From positions 8,992 through 72,991 of the IMG/VR virus record IMGVR_UViG_3300028146_000010: DNA of 64,000 nt; one strand, given 5' to 3'. The notes below the pieces were generated by a model. That model worked only from the letters and a program-made list of their open reading frames with translations, was not told the origin of the DNA and ran no database searches. The position numbers and the translations under genes were made by a program. Shown piece by piece: positions 1 through 8,577 of the stretch. How positions within the stretch are numbered: position 1 is the stretch's first letter; each line of letters begins with the position of its first letter. The stretch is from a virus.

Positions 1-126
1 CTGAAACACCGACTGAACCAGCGATTCCATCGTCATGTCGGCATCCAGTAATGCAGACTTCAACTGGTCTATGCCTGTCAAGGCTTGCTGTAGCGCGAGG
101 TCGATTAGTGTTTGATAAGTTGGCAT
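1..126 (-). CDS. 5' part of a putative head-tail adaptor/virion protein (runs off the window)
   Basis: ATG at 126, directly after the stop of 128..859; reads MPTYQTLIDLALQQALTG..., an N-terminal helix typical of adaptor proteins; open to the window edge. Confidence 0.5.
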   Translation of the reverse strand, partial: MPTYQTLIDLALQQALTGIDQLKSALLDADMTMESLVQSVFQ

Positions 127-127
127 G

Positions 128-859
128 TCACGCTGCGATTAAACTTGGCCCGGCAACGGCCTGTTCACTCACCGAAGTCAGCCCTTGACGAATACTTTGC
201 TCCACCGCATCTGCATAACCACGAAATACATTCGCTTGGGCCATAAACTCGTCGTCACGCACCAACGCACCAATCATGTCATAGCAGATGGCGTTAGCGA
301 GAGAATCGGGTAAGGGTAAGTCGCCATTCGCCGCCACTAACGCCGCGATGGTATCCCAGCTGAACGTGCAGACCTGAACCACCACGCCATTAGGGCGCGT
401 GTGCGTAATTCCATCCCCCGACATCTTGAATCCATAAACCGGAATCACCCATGCGGATGGGTTGTTTAGTCGTCGCCGTATCACCTGATCGGGATACTCC
501 GTGCAAACAATCGTCTGATCGTCGGCGTCCAGCACGGAACCGTAGATGCCGACGATCGGATCGCCGTTAGCACCGACTGAAGGCATAGAATCGCCGCTAG
601 CTAAAGTGGCCGTGACAGTAAATCCGACAAATGACCGCCACGGGTGATTCCCCGTTTCAGCGATCGCATTGGCGTACCGAGCGATGGAGGCGGTTTGTTG
701 ATCTAGGTAAGCAGTGAAAGGAAATATCGTTGACTGAAAATCCGCGCTGGTTAAAGGAAGCGTGGCGTAGGTCAGTTCCAATGCTACCGCCGAAGCGCCA
801 ACCAGCGCATTGGTTCTGACTGCTGCCTCTCGAAGTATGGTATGTAGCGCAACGCTCAC
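128..859 (-). CDS. putative head-tail adaptor / head completion protein
   Basis: 243 aa, GTG start, tightly coupled; helical N-terminus, beta-rich middle and C-terminal DLPLPDSLANAI motif like P22 gp4/T7 gp11-type adaptors; downstream of capsid. Confidence 0.55.
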   Translation of the reverse strand: MSVALHTILREAAVRTNALVGASAVALELTYATLPLTSADFQSTIFPFTAYLDQQTASIARYANAIAETGNHPWRSFVGFTVTATLASGDSMPSVGANGDPIVGIYGSVLDADDQTIVCTEYPDQVIRRRLNNPSAWVIPVYGFKMSGDGITHTRPNGVVVQVCTFSWDTIAALVAANGDLPLPDSLANAICYDMIGALVRDDEFMAQANVFRGYADAVEQSIRQGLTSVSEQAVAGPSLIAA

Positions 860-860
860 T

Positions 861-1616
861 TCAGCTCCAGTCGTTTACCCTGTCAAATGAACTCTGCCGA
901 ATAGTTATATGGTCTTGAATCGTATTACGAATGTATCGCTGCCAATCGTCTTCTATGCGAGCACGATCATTCTGAAGCGCAAGGGCGATTTCCTTTCGAT
1001 GGCTCATGTTGTAATTTTGATTGTCCGACCATTGGCATGAAGGCAAAACTGATTCAGCAGCCCATATTTCAATCAGAGAATGAAACTGAGAGAGCACCGG
1101 ATCGGTTTCTAACGCAGCGCTACTTGCCCAGTCGCCTGAAGCAAAGGTTATTAAATACGATCCAAAAAGTTGCGGCTGTGGTAATACTCTTACCCACCGC
1201 GAACCGTCGTCTCGATAATAAAACGCCATCCTTATGGCGGTATTGGGGCTACCATCCGTGAACAGCATCGAAGCCACATTGACGGGCATACCCCAATCGA
1301 AATTTAGATCGGCTATCTCGTAAAACTCAACATATCTTTGCGGTAGAGACGGGTTGGCGGGCCAGTAGGTGAGAACCTGAATTGGTTTCCCGTATGAATT
1401 ATCCAAACTAAGAAGATAGTCGCTCGTGCCGTTGCTAACATTAAGCGTGTAATCGGGTTTTAAGGCCCACGGCTGGCCTGAGGATTCTAACTGGCTATAG
1501 AACGACTGAACGCTGTGTTCAACGGCCTGCAAGATGCGACGCGGCGACGGCTTCTGTGCTAAGGGTTCGTCGCACAGTAACCGTGCCGCGCTGCACATGC
1601 TCTGGATTGAAGCCAC
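861..1616 (-). CDS. putative head-tail adaptor (tail tubular protein A-like)
   Basis: 251 aa with RBS GGAG; contains TLNVSNGTSDYLL, VRVLPQP and DPVLSQFHSLI segments typical of podovirus adaptors. Confidence 0.6.
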   Translation of the reverse strand: MASIQSMCSAARLLCDEPLAQKPSPRRILQAVEHSVQSFYSQLESSGQPWALKPDYTLNVSNGTSDYLLSLDNSYGKPIQVLTYWPANPSLPQRYVEFYEIADLNFDWGMPVNVASMLFTDGSPNTAIRMAFYYRDDGSRWVRVLPQPQLFGSYLITFASGDWASSAALETDPVLSQFHSLIEIWAAESVLPSCQWSDNQNYNMSHRKEIALALQNDRARIEDDWQRYIRNTIQDHITIRQSSFDRVNDWS

Positions 1617-1626
1617 GCATTACTCC

Positions 1627-2742
1627 CTACTCAGCCTTTGGGTGAAGCACTTTGCACCAGCGGCCAATGTGGAGACTCTTGGCTGAGGCTTTCATTTCCT
1701 CGCCACAGGCGTCACAGGTGAAGGTACTTGCGGTTTCGGCTGGCGTCTCACTTGGCACGTTCGCGGGAACACTTTGCGCTCCGGCTAACTTCGCTTCCAG
1801 TTCCGCGATCCTATCCGCATCGGCCTGTCGTGCCAGCGCCAGCCGTTCATCCATCTTCCGCTCGAACAACTCCATGTCAGTAACGCTGATGGATGCGGTA
1901 GTGGCCTGTTGCTGGCTCGCGTTCAGTTGCCCAATCATCTTGGACATTTCCTGCATGGGTTGATCCTGCCTTGGGATTTCGAGTTGCTCAAGCAACATTT
2001 CGGTAATCGGTGAGTACGAATACGACCACCCACCCTGCCATTCGCCCACGTGACCAGTCTTGAGTAGCCCATGCTCCACGTTCACCATTCGCATGGCCCA
2101 GTTACGGGCGTCCGCGCACATAGTCAGACATTCGTTCTTGTACTTGCCGATGTCGATGCGGCTGTCGGTGATAACGGCAGACTTAACCTGCTCCTCTAGG
2201 CCGCGTAACGTTGGCTCCACGCCATCACCGAACATGGCTGTTTCAATGACATCCAGAATGCCCGTACCCTCATCGTTGTGGCACTCGTCCCATTCCTTGC
2301 CAAGTAATACCGTGAGTTCGTCGATACCCTTGCGAATTGGGTTCATGGAGTAGCGCCGCAGGACGCGCAGGCCGTCACCGGGGAACACGGGCACGAAACC
2401 AAACTTATTCTTGACCGCATCTTCGTTCAGCGGAATCCCCTGCCATGCGACGGCCTGTAGGTCGCCCAAGTGGCGCATCGGTATCGGCTCACCGCCCAGT
2501 TCCAGAATCGCCGCCCTGCCACGCGGAATAAACCCACGTCCATAGCGAATGAGGCAGGGGTTAGGCGTCTCCTCGCCCCCTACCCGCAGCCAGCTAATCT
2601 CCGCCTTGCGCTCAGGAACGATTAAGTCCAGCGGGTTCCATACCCACCGCACGACGTTCGCGCCGACTACGCGCTTATCAAAAAATCCCACTGGCCCAAA
2701 GACTTCGGGTTTGGCTTGTTGTTGCTCGAAAACTGCGCTCAT
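1627..2742 (-). CDS. hypothetical phage protein with C-terminal zinc finger
   Basis: 371 aa, RBS GGAGA; C-terminal CDACG..SLHIGRWC; coiled coil before it. Confidence 0.6.
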   Translation of the reverse strand: MSAVFEQQQAKPEVFGPVGFFDKRVVGANVVRWVWNPLDLIVPERKAEISWLRVGGEETPNPCLIRYGRGFIPRGRAAILELGGEPIPMRHLGDLQAVAWQGIPLNEDAVKNKFGFVPVFPGDGLRVLRRYSMNPIRKGIDELTVLLGKEWDECHNDEGTGILDVIETAMFGDGVEPTLRGLEEQVKSAVITDSRIDIGKYKNECLTMCADARNWAMRMVNVEHGLLKTGHVGEWQGGWSYSYSPITEMLLEQLEIPRQDQPMQEMSKMIGQLNASQQQATTASISVTDMELFERKMDERLALARQADADRIAELEAKLAGAQSVPANVPSETPAETASTFTCDACGEEMKASAKSLHIGRWCKVLHPKAE

Positions 2743-2753
2743 GGTTTCTCCCG

Positions 2754-3686
2754 TTATGCGTAAATTTGTACTTGTGAAGGTCGATGTGCTCGCCGTATTT
2801 CCGCCAACTCGTTCCGCTTCCTCACCTTCTCGTCCTTCATCATCTGCAAGCCCCAGACCTTTGCTTGCTGCAGCGCCACTTCGTCCAGTTCAGGACGGAT
2901 ATGGGGATTAGTGGCGGCTTCCTTGCTACGCAGGTGAATGGCCTTCTTCAACCATTTCAGCTCCCTACCGTCCGGTTCCTTGTATGTGCCGTAGCAAATC
3001 TCTCGTGATTTATCCCATGCTCGCTGACAGCACTTATTCGCATGATCGGCAATTATCCCGACGTGCGGCAACATGTTGTACCAACCTTCACGCGGTACTG
3101 GCCCCCAGACATCTTCGCTGACAGTGCGTAGGAAAGTATCCTGTGAGCAAAACCGACACGCCAACACGTGACCCTCCGACTTATCCGTATCCACCCAATG
3201 CACGAACACTTTCCCATCATGCACCTGACTCGCATCCCACTTGGCAAACACCGTGATCAATTGATCCACGCTGAACATGCGACCGGGAGTTTTGCAGTAG
3301 CGGCACATGGCAGGTACAGGCTCAACCACCTTCAACCGATACCGTGTGGCTTCCCAGCTTACGGCCAATGCTTCTGGTTCAAACCGCTCCTCAAGTATCC
3401 AGCGAGGGGGCGAAATGTCCACGTAGTCGTCGTTGCCGATGTCGATGGATAGTGCGCGGTATTTCTGCCGCCACTCGCTCTCGGTTGCGTTTCCAAATTC
3501 GTCCCACGCGATATTCTCACGCTTCAAACATTCCCATGCCCATTTCAACTGAACAATGGAATGGCCCGATGGACTGAGGCCGACTATCCGATCAATCTTC
3601 CGCTGGTACGCTTTCACGTCAAAGCTAGGCTGTTTGAATATCCCCGACGTGGCCCACTTCGTTTGATCGTTGTAAATTTCCAGCAT
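2754..3686 (-). CDS. hypothetical phage protein with CxxC insertion
   Basis: 310 aa in the late operon; CRYC...CRFC pair. Confidence 0.55.
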   Translation of the reverse strand: MLEIYNDQTKWATSGIFKQPSFDVKAYQRKIDRIVGLSPSGHSIVQLKWAWECLKRENIAWDEFGNATESEWRQKYRALSIDIGNDDYVDISPPRWILEERFEPEALAVSWEATRYRLKVVEPVPAMCRYCKTPGRMFSVDQLITVFAKWDASQVHDGKVFVHWVDTDKSEGHVLACRFCSQDTFLRTVSEDVWGPVPREGWYNMLPHVGIIADHANKCCQRAWDKSREICYGTYKEPDGRELKWLKKAIHLRSKEAATNPHIRPELDEVALQQAKVWGLQMMKDEKVRKRNELAEIRRAHRPSQVQIYA

Positions 3687-4461
3687 TTAATTTCGTCGCC
3701 AGTACCGCGCCTTTACGGATCGCGCTATCGGGTCTTATGTTAGGATCACCCCAAGTGTGCGGACACGACCCCAGACTGCCCTTTGCACAGTTACAGTTGT
3801 AGCACAAGATTTGGTAGTCAGGAGATACCGCATCGCTGGCGAGTCTCGTCCAGATTCGATTTCCCTGATCTGATTTGCGCTCCTGCGCTCCATCATCATT
3901 AACATGATCCAATGTTAGAAAGTAAAACCGAGACTCGCCACAACAGGCGCACTTGTTACCATACTTAGCAATAACCTTTCGGCGCTTTTCTTCCGTCTTA
4001 TTGCGACCGCGAATAATGCACTTGTGGCAAGTAAGAATTGTCCACTCGTCCGGGAGATGAAACCCGCAACTAACGCATTGTCGCCTCTCGATTCTGAGAT
4101 AGCGCAGTCGAAGTTCCCTTGCTCTTTTAGCCACTTGATGTTCAGCGCATCGGCGCGAACGCGGCGCGTGTGGATTCTCACATAGCGTACAAAGACCGCT
4201 ATCTCTGCGGCGTCGCACAAGGTTAAGCGCCCGCGAGCTTTCCTCTTTAGTGCAAGCAACGCACAGCCAGCCACCGCGAGGATTCGGCTCTGCGCATTTA
4301 GCGCACTTGCCCTGCGCCAGTAAAGCTGCACGCCTTTTAGATGCTTTTTGATTTGTAGCACTAAGACAATCTTCACAGCGTTCACGGCTCTCTTTTGGAG
4401 TTCCGCCACAAAGCGGGCATAAGCCTTGTCTTTTACGACGTTGATAAGTATCTTTATGCAC
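3625..4461 (-). CDS. Cys-rich repeat protein with C-terminal HNH-like endonuclease domain
   Basis: four tandem CxxC-x(9-10)-CxxC/H repeats, then CACCGE..LTLDHVND..YQILCYNCNCAKG..CPH; RBS AAGGAG before GTG. Confidence 0.75.
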   Translation of the reverse strand: MHKDTYQRRKRQGLCPLCGGTPKESRERCEDCLSATNQKASKRRAALLAQGKCAKCAEPNPRGGWLCVACTKEESSRALNLVRRRRDSGLCTLCENPHAPRSRRCAEHQVAKRARELRLRYLRIERRQCVSCGFHLPDEWTILTCHKCIIRGRNKTEEKRRKVIAKYGNKCACCGESRFYFLTLDHVNDDGAQERKSDQGNRIWTRLASDAVSPDYQILCYNCNCAKGSLGSCPHTWGDPNIRPDSAIRKGAVLATKLNAGNLQRSNEVGHVGDIQTA

Positions 4462-4466
4462 GTTGG

Positions 4467-4553
4467 ATCAATTCTCCTTAACCGTAGATTGATTCGACCA
4501 TGCGCCGAGACTGTGATAGCAGTCGTCGGCGCTTTCTCGTTGGTCGAATTATA
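4467..4553 (-). promoter_or_regulatory. -10 element and structured 5' leader of the HNH gene
   Basis: minus strand TATAAT, then nested stems TCGACCA/TGGTCGA, GCGCCGA/TCGGCGC, GACTG/CAGTC, then ATCAAT/ATTGAT enclosing the RBS. Confidence 0.5.
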
Positions 4554-4579
4554 CATCTTCACGTGCATGGTTACTAGAC

Positions 4580-4915
4580 TTAACTAGCAGTTTGCGCTCC
4601 AATAATCACCCACTTATTCGCGCTGGCCGGGCCATAGCGAATGCAGTAGGCGGTACAACTAGACGTGCCAAGCGTATACGTTGCGCCGTTGGCTATGATC
4701 GTAATTGCACTTCTCGCGGTGGCCCCATCCTGTGCGGTGATGACAACCGGTGAATTACTCGTCGCTGCGAGCGTGAACGCTATCGTATTCCCGCCAGCAA
4801 TGACTACGTTGGTAACGGAATCAATGGTTTGGCTAGTTGTCGGGTTGATGACCACGCAACCAACCGAACCAATGCCATCGCTGACGATGAAAGGATTAGT
4901 GATATTGTTTCCCAT
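4580..4915 (-). CDS. putative capsid decoration/cement protein
   Basis: 111 aa, beta-rich (T/V/I/A), strong RBS AGGAGG, immediately after the major capsid gene. Confidence 0.55.
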   Translation of the reverse strand: MGNNITNPFIVSDGIGSVGCVVINPTTSQTIDSVTNVVIAGGNTIAFTLAATSNSPVVITAQDGATARSAITIIANGATYTLGTSSCTAYCIRYGPASANKWVIIGAQTAS

Positions 4916-4929
4916 GTTTCATTTCCTCC

Positions 4930-6207
4930 TTACAGCCCAGCGGTGATCTGAGTTGCGTACCCGAGTTGAGCGCGTTTGATGAAAGCGGAGCCACGGCCAC
5001 TGAGGGTCGCAGGGTTGCCTTTCCATCCCACAGCAGATTGCCAGTTATCGCTTCCGGTCTGGTTTGCGCCCAGCAACATACGAGACTCAAGTCCATCGCG
5101 GTTATATTTTCCGTACGGTTTCATCTCGTAGATTTTGTAGTCGGAAGTCTTCAGGAAATACACCCGATCCTCGTCCATGTCGCTGTCGCAGATAAAACGA
5201 GTATCGCCATCGGTGTAGTCACCCTGCACGCCCTTCATGGTGTCGCTGCCAGCATCTTCGCGGAGATAGTAGCCAAGGTTGTAGCCCTGCTTGCGAACGG
5301 TGGAGTATTGGCCCCACGTGATGAATGCGGTCAGGTTGTTCTTGGCATCGGTGGCATTGTTACGGGTTTGGAGCAACGCTTTCGCGTTCTCAATGGCTGC
5401 CGGGGTAAGCAACGCACCTGCGAGGTCAACCACGGGGGCATTGAGGTCGGTGTAAACGCTGGTGTCCAGCCCTTGCAACACACGGTTCTGGTCGCTGTCG
5501 AGCCAGCCAATACCACGCATGGCAAGCTGATAGCTGCCCTGAATGACGATGGGGTCGCCGGATGAAATGGTGCCACTCAGCACATTCACCGTCGCAGACG
5601 ACGTACCTGCGGTGGTCACGACAAACGTGCCCCGCACCGCACCCGTTGAAGCGTTGATGCCTTGATACGTCTCGCCTTCCCACAGCCACATGGTGCCTTT
5701 GGTCTGACCGGGGGTAGTGGCAGCGGTTGTGGTGCCTGCAAGGGATTGTGAACCCAGCGCAGTTGTGGTGGTTGCCGAGTACGCCACCGCGCCATTACCA
5801 GTGCCATAGAAATACTGGTTCATGCGCTTGCGAAACGTCTCGGTGTACTGCACCATCACCTGATCGTAGGATTGAACGTTATCTTCCGTGTCGTTCTCCA
5901 TTGATTCGATGGTGCTGCCTGCCCAAATCATCGGCCATGCGCTCATGGTCGGATAGACCCACATGCTCACGGTCTGCGGCCCGTTGGCCTGATTGAAGTC
6001 TGAATTATCCGGCGTGAACCATGTCATGCCAGTCGGACGGCGTGCGTAGTCGGGAAGGCGATAGCCCTTTTCGGTAAGTTTCGGTTTATCCACCGCCTTA
6101 CCAAATGCCCTCATGCCCGGATCATTGTTCTCGTAGAACATCCGAACATCCTTCTCTACCGCTTGCCGCTTGAGATCGGTAATTTCACTGAATTGAACTG
6201 CTCCCAT
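4930..6207 (-). CDS. major capsid protein (HK97 fold, P22-coat-like)
   Basis: 425 aa after scaffold; RBS AAGGAG; MNQYFYGTGNG and MRGIGWL..LQGLD motifs; T/G-rich inserted domain. Confidence 0.85.
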   Translation of the reverse strand: MGAVQFSEITDLKRQAVEKDVRMFYENNDPGMRAFGKAVDKPKLTEKGYRLPDYARRPTGMTWFTPDNSDFNQANGPQTVSMWVYPTMSAWPMIWAGSTIESMENDTEDNVQSYDQVMVQYTETFRKRMNQYFYGTGNGAVAYSATTTTALGSQSLAGTTTAATTPGQTKGTMWLWEGETYQGINASTGAVRGTFVVTTAGTSSATVNVLSGTISSGDPIVIQGSYQLAMRGIGWLDSDQNRVLQGLDTSVYTDLNAPVVDLAGALLTPAAIENAKALLQTRNNATDAKNNLTAFITWGQYSTVRKQGYNLGYYLREDAGSDTMKGVQGDYTDGDTRFICDSDMDEDRVYFLKTSDYKIYEMKPYGKYNRDGLESRMLLGANQTGSDNWQSAVGWKGNPATLSGRGSAFIKRAQLGYATQITAGL

Positions 6208-6217
6208 AGCGTCTCCT

Positions 6218-7738
6218 TTAGCTGAACATCGACGCGCCGTTGAGTTTGTTCGCCTTATCCAATTCCTTGTAATAGGCGTAATATTCCTGTGAGCCTACGG
6301 GATGGGGATTGTTCATGTAGGGATTAGCATTCCCTTGTTGAGTCGCCCCTGCGCCCGCTGGCACAAAACGCGCCGTTGCCGTCGCTAACTGACCTTCCAC
6401 CTGAGCCGCAGCCCCAGCCGCCCTTTGACCGCTTGATTTCGCCAGCTTCAGCGCGTAATCATTCACTTTCGCAAGGATTTGCTGCTTCGCCCCCGTATAC
6501 TCTGATAACGCTCGGGACGCTTGCAACTTGTCATTGATTCGAGTGTAATAATTGTACGCCGCACGTCGCTCCTCCCAGCGGTTTACCAAATCTGCAAATC
6601 CATTCGGTTCCACGCCTACGGCTTTTAGCTGTTTGATTGCTAAATTACGATAGACGGGATATGGACTCTGAAGATTGGCAATCACGCCGAGATTCTTTAA
6701 GTGTTCAAGTTCGTTCTGGGTTGGGTCACTTGAAAGTGTCTGCTGTGACGACACGTTTTGGTAAACGGAGTCGATGATACTTTGTGCTTCATTAGTGATG
6801 TCCTGAATCGTGGCCTCTTGAAGCTCGCGCTCGAAATCAGCTTGCGCTGTCTCTTGGGCTTTCGCTTCACGGTCACGCTGTTCCTTCTCGAATCTATCCG
6901 ACGCAAGCGCACGATCAGCGTTCCGAAGGGTCTCTTCGGCCACCAGCGGCTTGGTTGGCAGTATGTCGAGCAGGTCTTCACGGCTCTCTTGAGTCAACGA
7001 CTTAAAAGCGTCGTGATACTTTTCAGGAATCTTTGCTAATTGTTCACTCGTTACGACCCCCGAAGCGTGAAGCGTGTCAATGTTGCGGTAGTCGTTGACC
7101 CGATCTGGATCGAGGCCATGAGAACGGTAGAGGTGGCGGACAAGTGTATCCACCTTTCCATTTTCGTCAGGGACGGTGTAGGCCAAAAGGTCGGCAAACA
7201 ATTGATTTGCCACCCCCGGACTTTCCGAATCCACCCTGTCGAGAAACGGCTTGGTAGTGTACCTGTCCCGTTGCTCTATTCCGTTTTCAACTACCGGACT
7301 GTGCAGCAACCCGACTAATTCATGGGCAACTTGAGCTTGTGCGGGGTCGCCAATAGCTTCCACCACGGGCTTCCACGGCTCAAATGCCTTGTACTCGTCG
7401 ATTTGCGGCTTGACACCTTCGTAAGCGGTTCTGAGATTTGCGAGAGCTTGGGCATACGGCACTTTTTCAGCCGCTTGCTTTTGCAACTCCTCAAGGGTTG
7501 GTACGTCCTTTAGCGGATCGACCTCGCCTTGCGCCTCAGCCGCTTGTGCTCCTTCTTCGACGGTTACGCCGTCAGCGGTGCTTTCAGCAGAAGAAGACTC
7601 CATAGATGCTGGTGGCGGGTCAGCGGCAGCGATAACTGCGGGGTCAGGAGTAGCGACCCCTACGCCTCCACTGCCCTCACCCATTTCCATCTCAAAGAGC
7701 GGAAGCAGGAACGACAGTAGATTGAGTTTGATTTTCAT
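6218..7738 (-). CDS. capsid scaffolding protein
   Basis: 506 aa, acidic A/E/P-rich N-terminus, helical coiled-coil body, between portal and capsid. Confidence 0.7.
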   Translation of the reverse strand: MKIKLNLLSFLLPLFEMEMGEGSGGVGVATPDPAVIAAADPPPASMESSSAESTADGVTVEEGAQAAEAQGEVDPLKDVPTLEELQKQAAEKVPYAQALANLRTAYEGVKPQIDEYKAFEPWKPVVEAIGDPAQAQVAHELVGLLHSPVVENGIEQRDRYTTKPFLDRVDSESPGVANQLFADLLAYTVPDENGKVDTLVRHLYRSHGLDPDRVNDYRNIDTLHASGVVTSEQLAKIPEKYHDAFKSLTQESREDLLDILPTKPLVAEETLRNADRALASDRFEKEQRDREAKAQETAQADFERELQEATIQDITNEAQSIIDSVYQNVSSQQTLSSDPTQNELEHLKNLGVIANLQSPYPVYRNLAIKQLKAVGVEPNGFADLVNRWEERRAAYNYYTRINDKLQASRALSEYTGAKQQILAKVNDYALKLAKSSGQRAAGAAAQVEGQLATATARFVPAGAGATQQGNANPYMNNPHPVGSQEYYAYYKELDKANKLNGASMFS

Positions 7739-7757
7739 AATGTTTTACGGCCCAATG

Positions 7758-7802
7758 AAAAAGCCGCATCGATCTAACAGCGAACTGTTAAACCCATGCG
7801 GC
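7758..7802 (-). terminator. long hairpin with U-tract just upstream of the scaffold gene
   Basis: minus strand GCCGCAT-GG-GTTTAACAG-TTCG-CTGTTAGAT-CG-ATGCGGC-TTTTT. Confidence 0.6.
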
Positions 7803-7826
7803 CCTTCCCACATTCGCGGGATAAAG

Positions 7827-8015
7827 CTAAGTTGTCAACTCACTTGTTAATCTATTTAACTTAGCGACAGCAGAGCAGTCTCCACACACGGCCAATCGCT
7901 TACCGTTCGTCGGTAACTGCAAGATTATTTCCACCGAACGCAACTGCCTACACCCAAAACAAGTCGCCTCAACATGGTCAGCGCAGAAAATAACCTTAAT
8001 CCGTTGCGCGTTCAC
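7827..8015 (-). CDS. small Cys-rich hypothetical protein
   Basis: 62 aa, CFGC...CGDC, translationally coupled. Confidence 0.45.
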   Translation of the reverse strand: MNAQRIKVIFCADHVEATCFGCRQLRSVEIILQLPTNGKRLAVCGDCSAVAKLNRLTSELTT

Positions 8016-8215
8016 GATACCCTCACAAACTCAGACTGTACTTCATTTCGCTGGCTTTTTACAATAGCAATCTTCTCTCGCGCTATCCGTCGCTCAAGGA
8101 AAGTCACCGTTTCACGGATGCTATGCAAAAGCTTTTCAGCTTCAGACAAATCAGAATGCCGAGCAAGGTGCTGTAGCGTCAGCTTCGTCCGTGCCATTTC
8201 TAGGCTTGATTCCAT
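8012..8215 (-). CDS. small coiled-coil hypothetical protein
   Basis: likely start MESSLE at 8215 overlapping the upstream stop (TAATG). Confidence 0.45.
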   Translation of the reverse strand: MESSLEMARTKLTLQHLARHSDLSEAEKLLHSIRETVTFLERRIAREKIAIVKSQRNEVQSEFVRVS

Positions 8216-8523
8216 TAGGCAGCCTTTTCGTGGCGCTCCATATGACATGGCCGACATAGCCATTCAACCAAGCGCGGGTTACTGTAATCAGGATGGTGCA
8301 TTTGCGATTTATCGCTGCCACAATCAGCGCAAGGCTCTTTAATTAACTTTCCCCGTTTTAAGAGCACCGCTGAATAGCTGCGGCACCGATCTTTTACCTT
8401 TTGCGTCTCCGTGAGCGGATGGGTCTTACGCCAATTTCGTACATAAGCAGCCTTGCACTTGCGACAGTACCTATGAACCAATTCTCGCGGGCCACGGCAC
8501 GCCGAACAAATCCGTAATTTCAT
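8215..8523 (-). CDS. small HNH-like zinc-binding protein
   Basis: CADCG...HHPDYSNPRLVEWLCRPCHMERH; extended -10 TGGTAGAAT just upstream. Confidence 0.7.
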   Translation of the reverse strand: MKLRICSACRGPRELVHRYCRKCKAAYVRNWRKTHPLTETQKVKDRCRSYSAVLLKRGKLIKEPCADCGSDKSQMHHPDYSNPRLVEWLCRPCHMERHEKAA

Positions 8524-8577
8524 TCCTTAATTCTACCAGATTCGTTGTTACTGTAGAACTTTTTTTAACGGGTTCCA

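Noticed and set aside
3915-4568. 217-aa ORF overlapping the HNH gene
   Set aside because: Alternative frame with no motif; the overlapped frame has clear Cys repeats, an HNH domain and an RBS
4966-5996. ORFs overlapping the capsid gene
   Set aside because: Shadow ORFs of a GC3-rich gene
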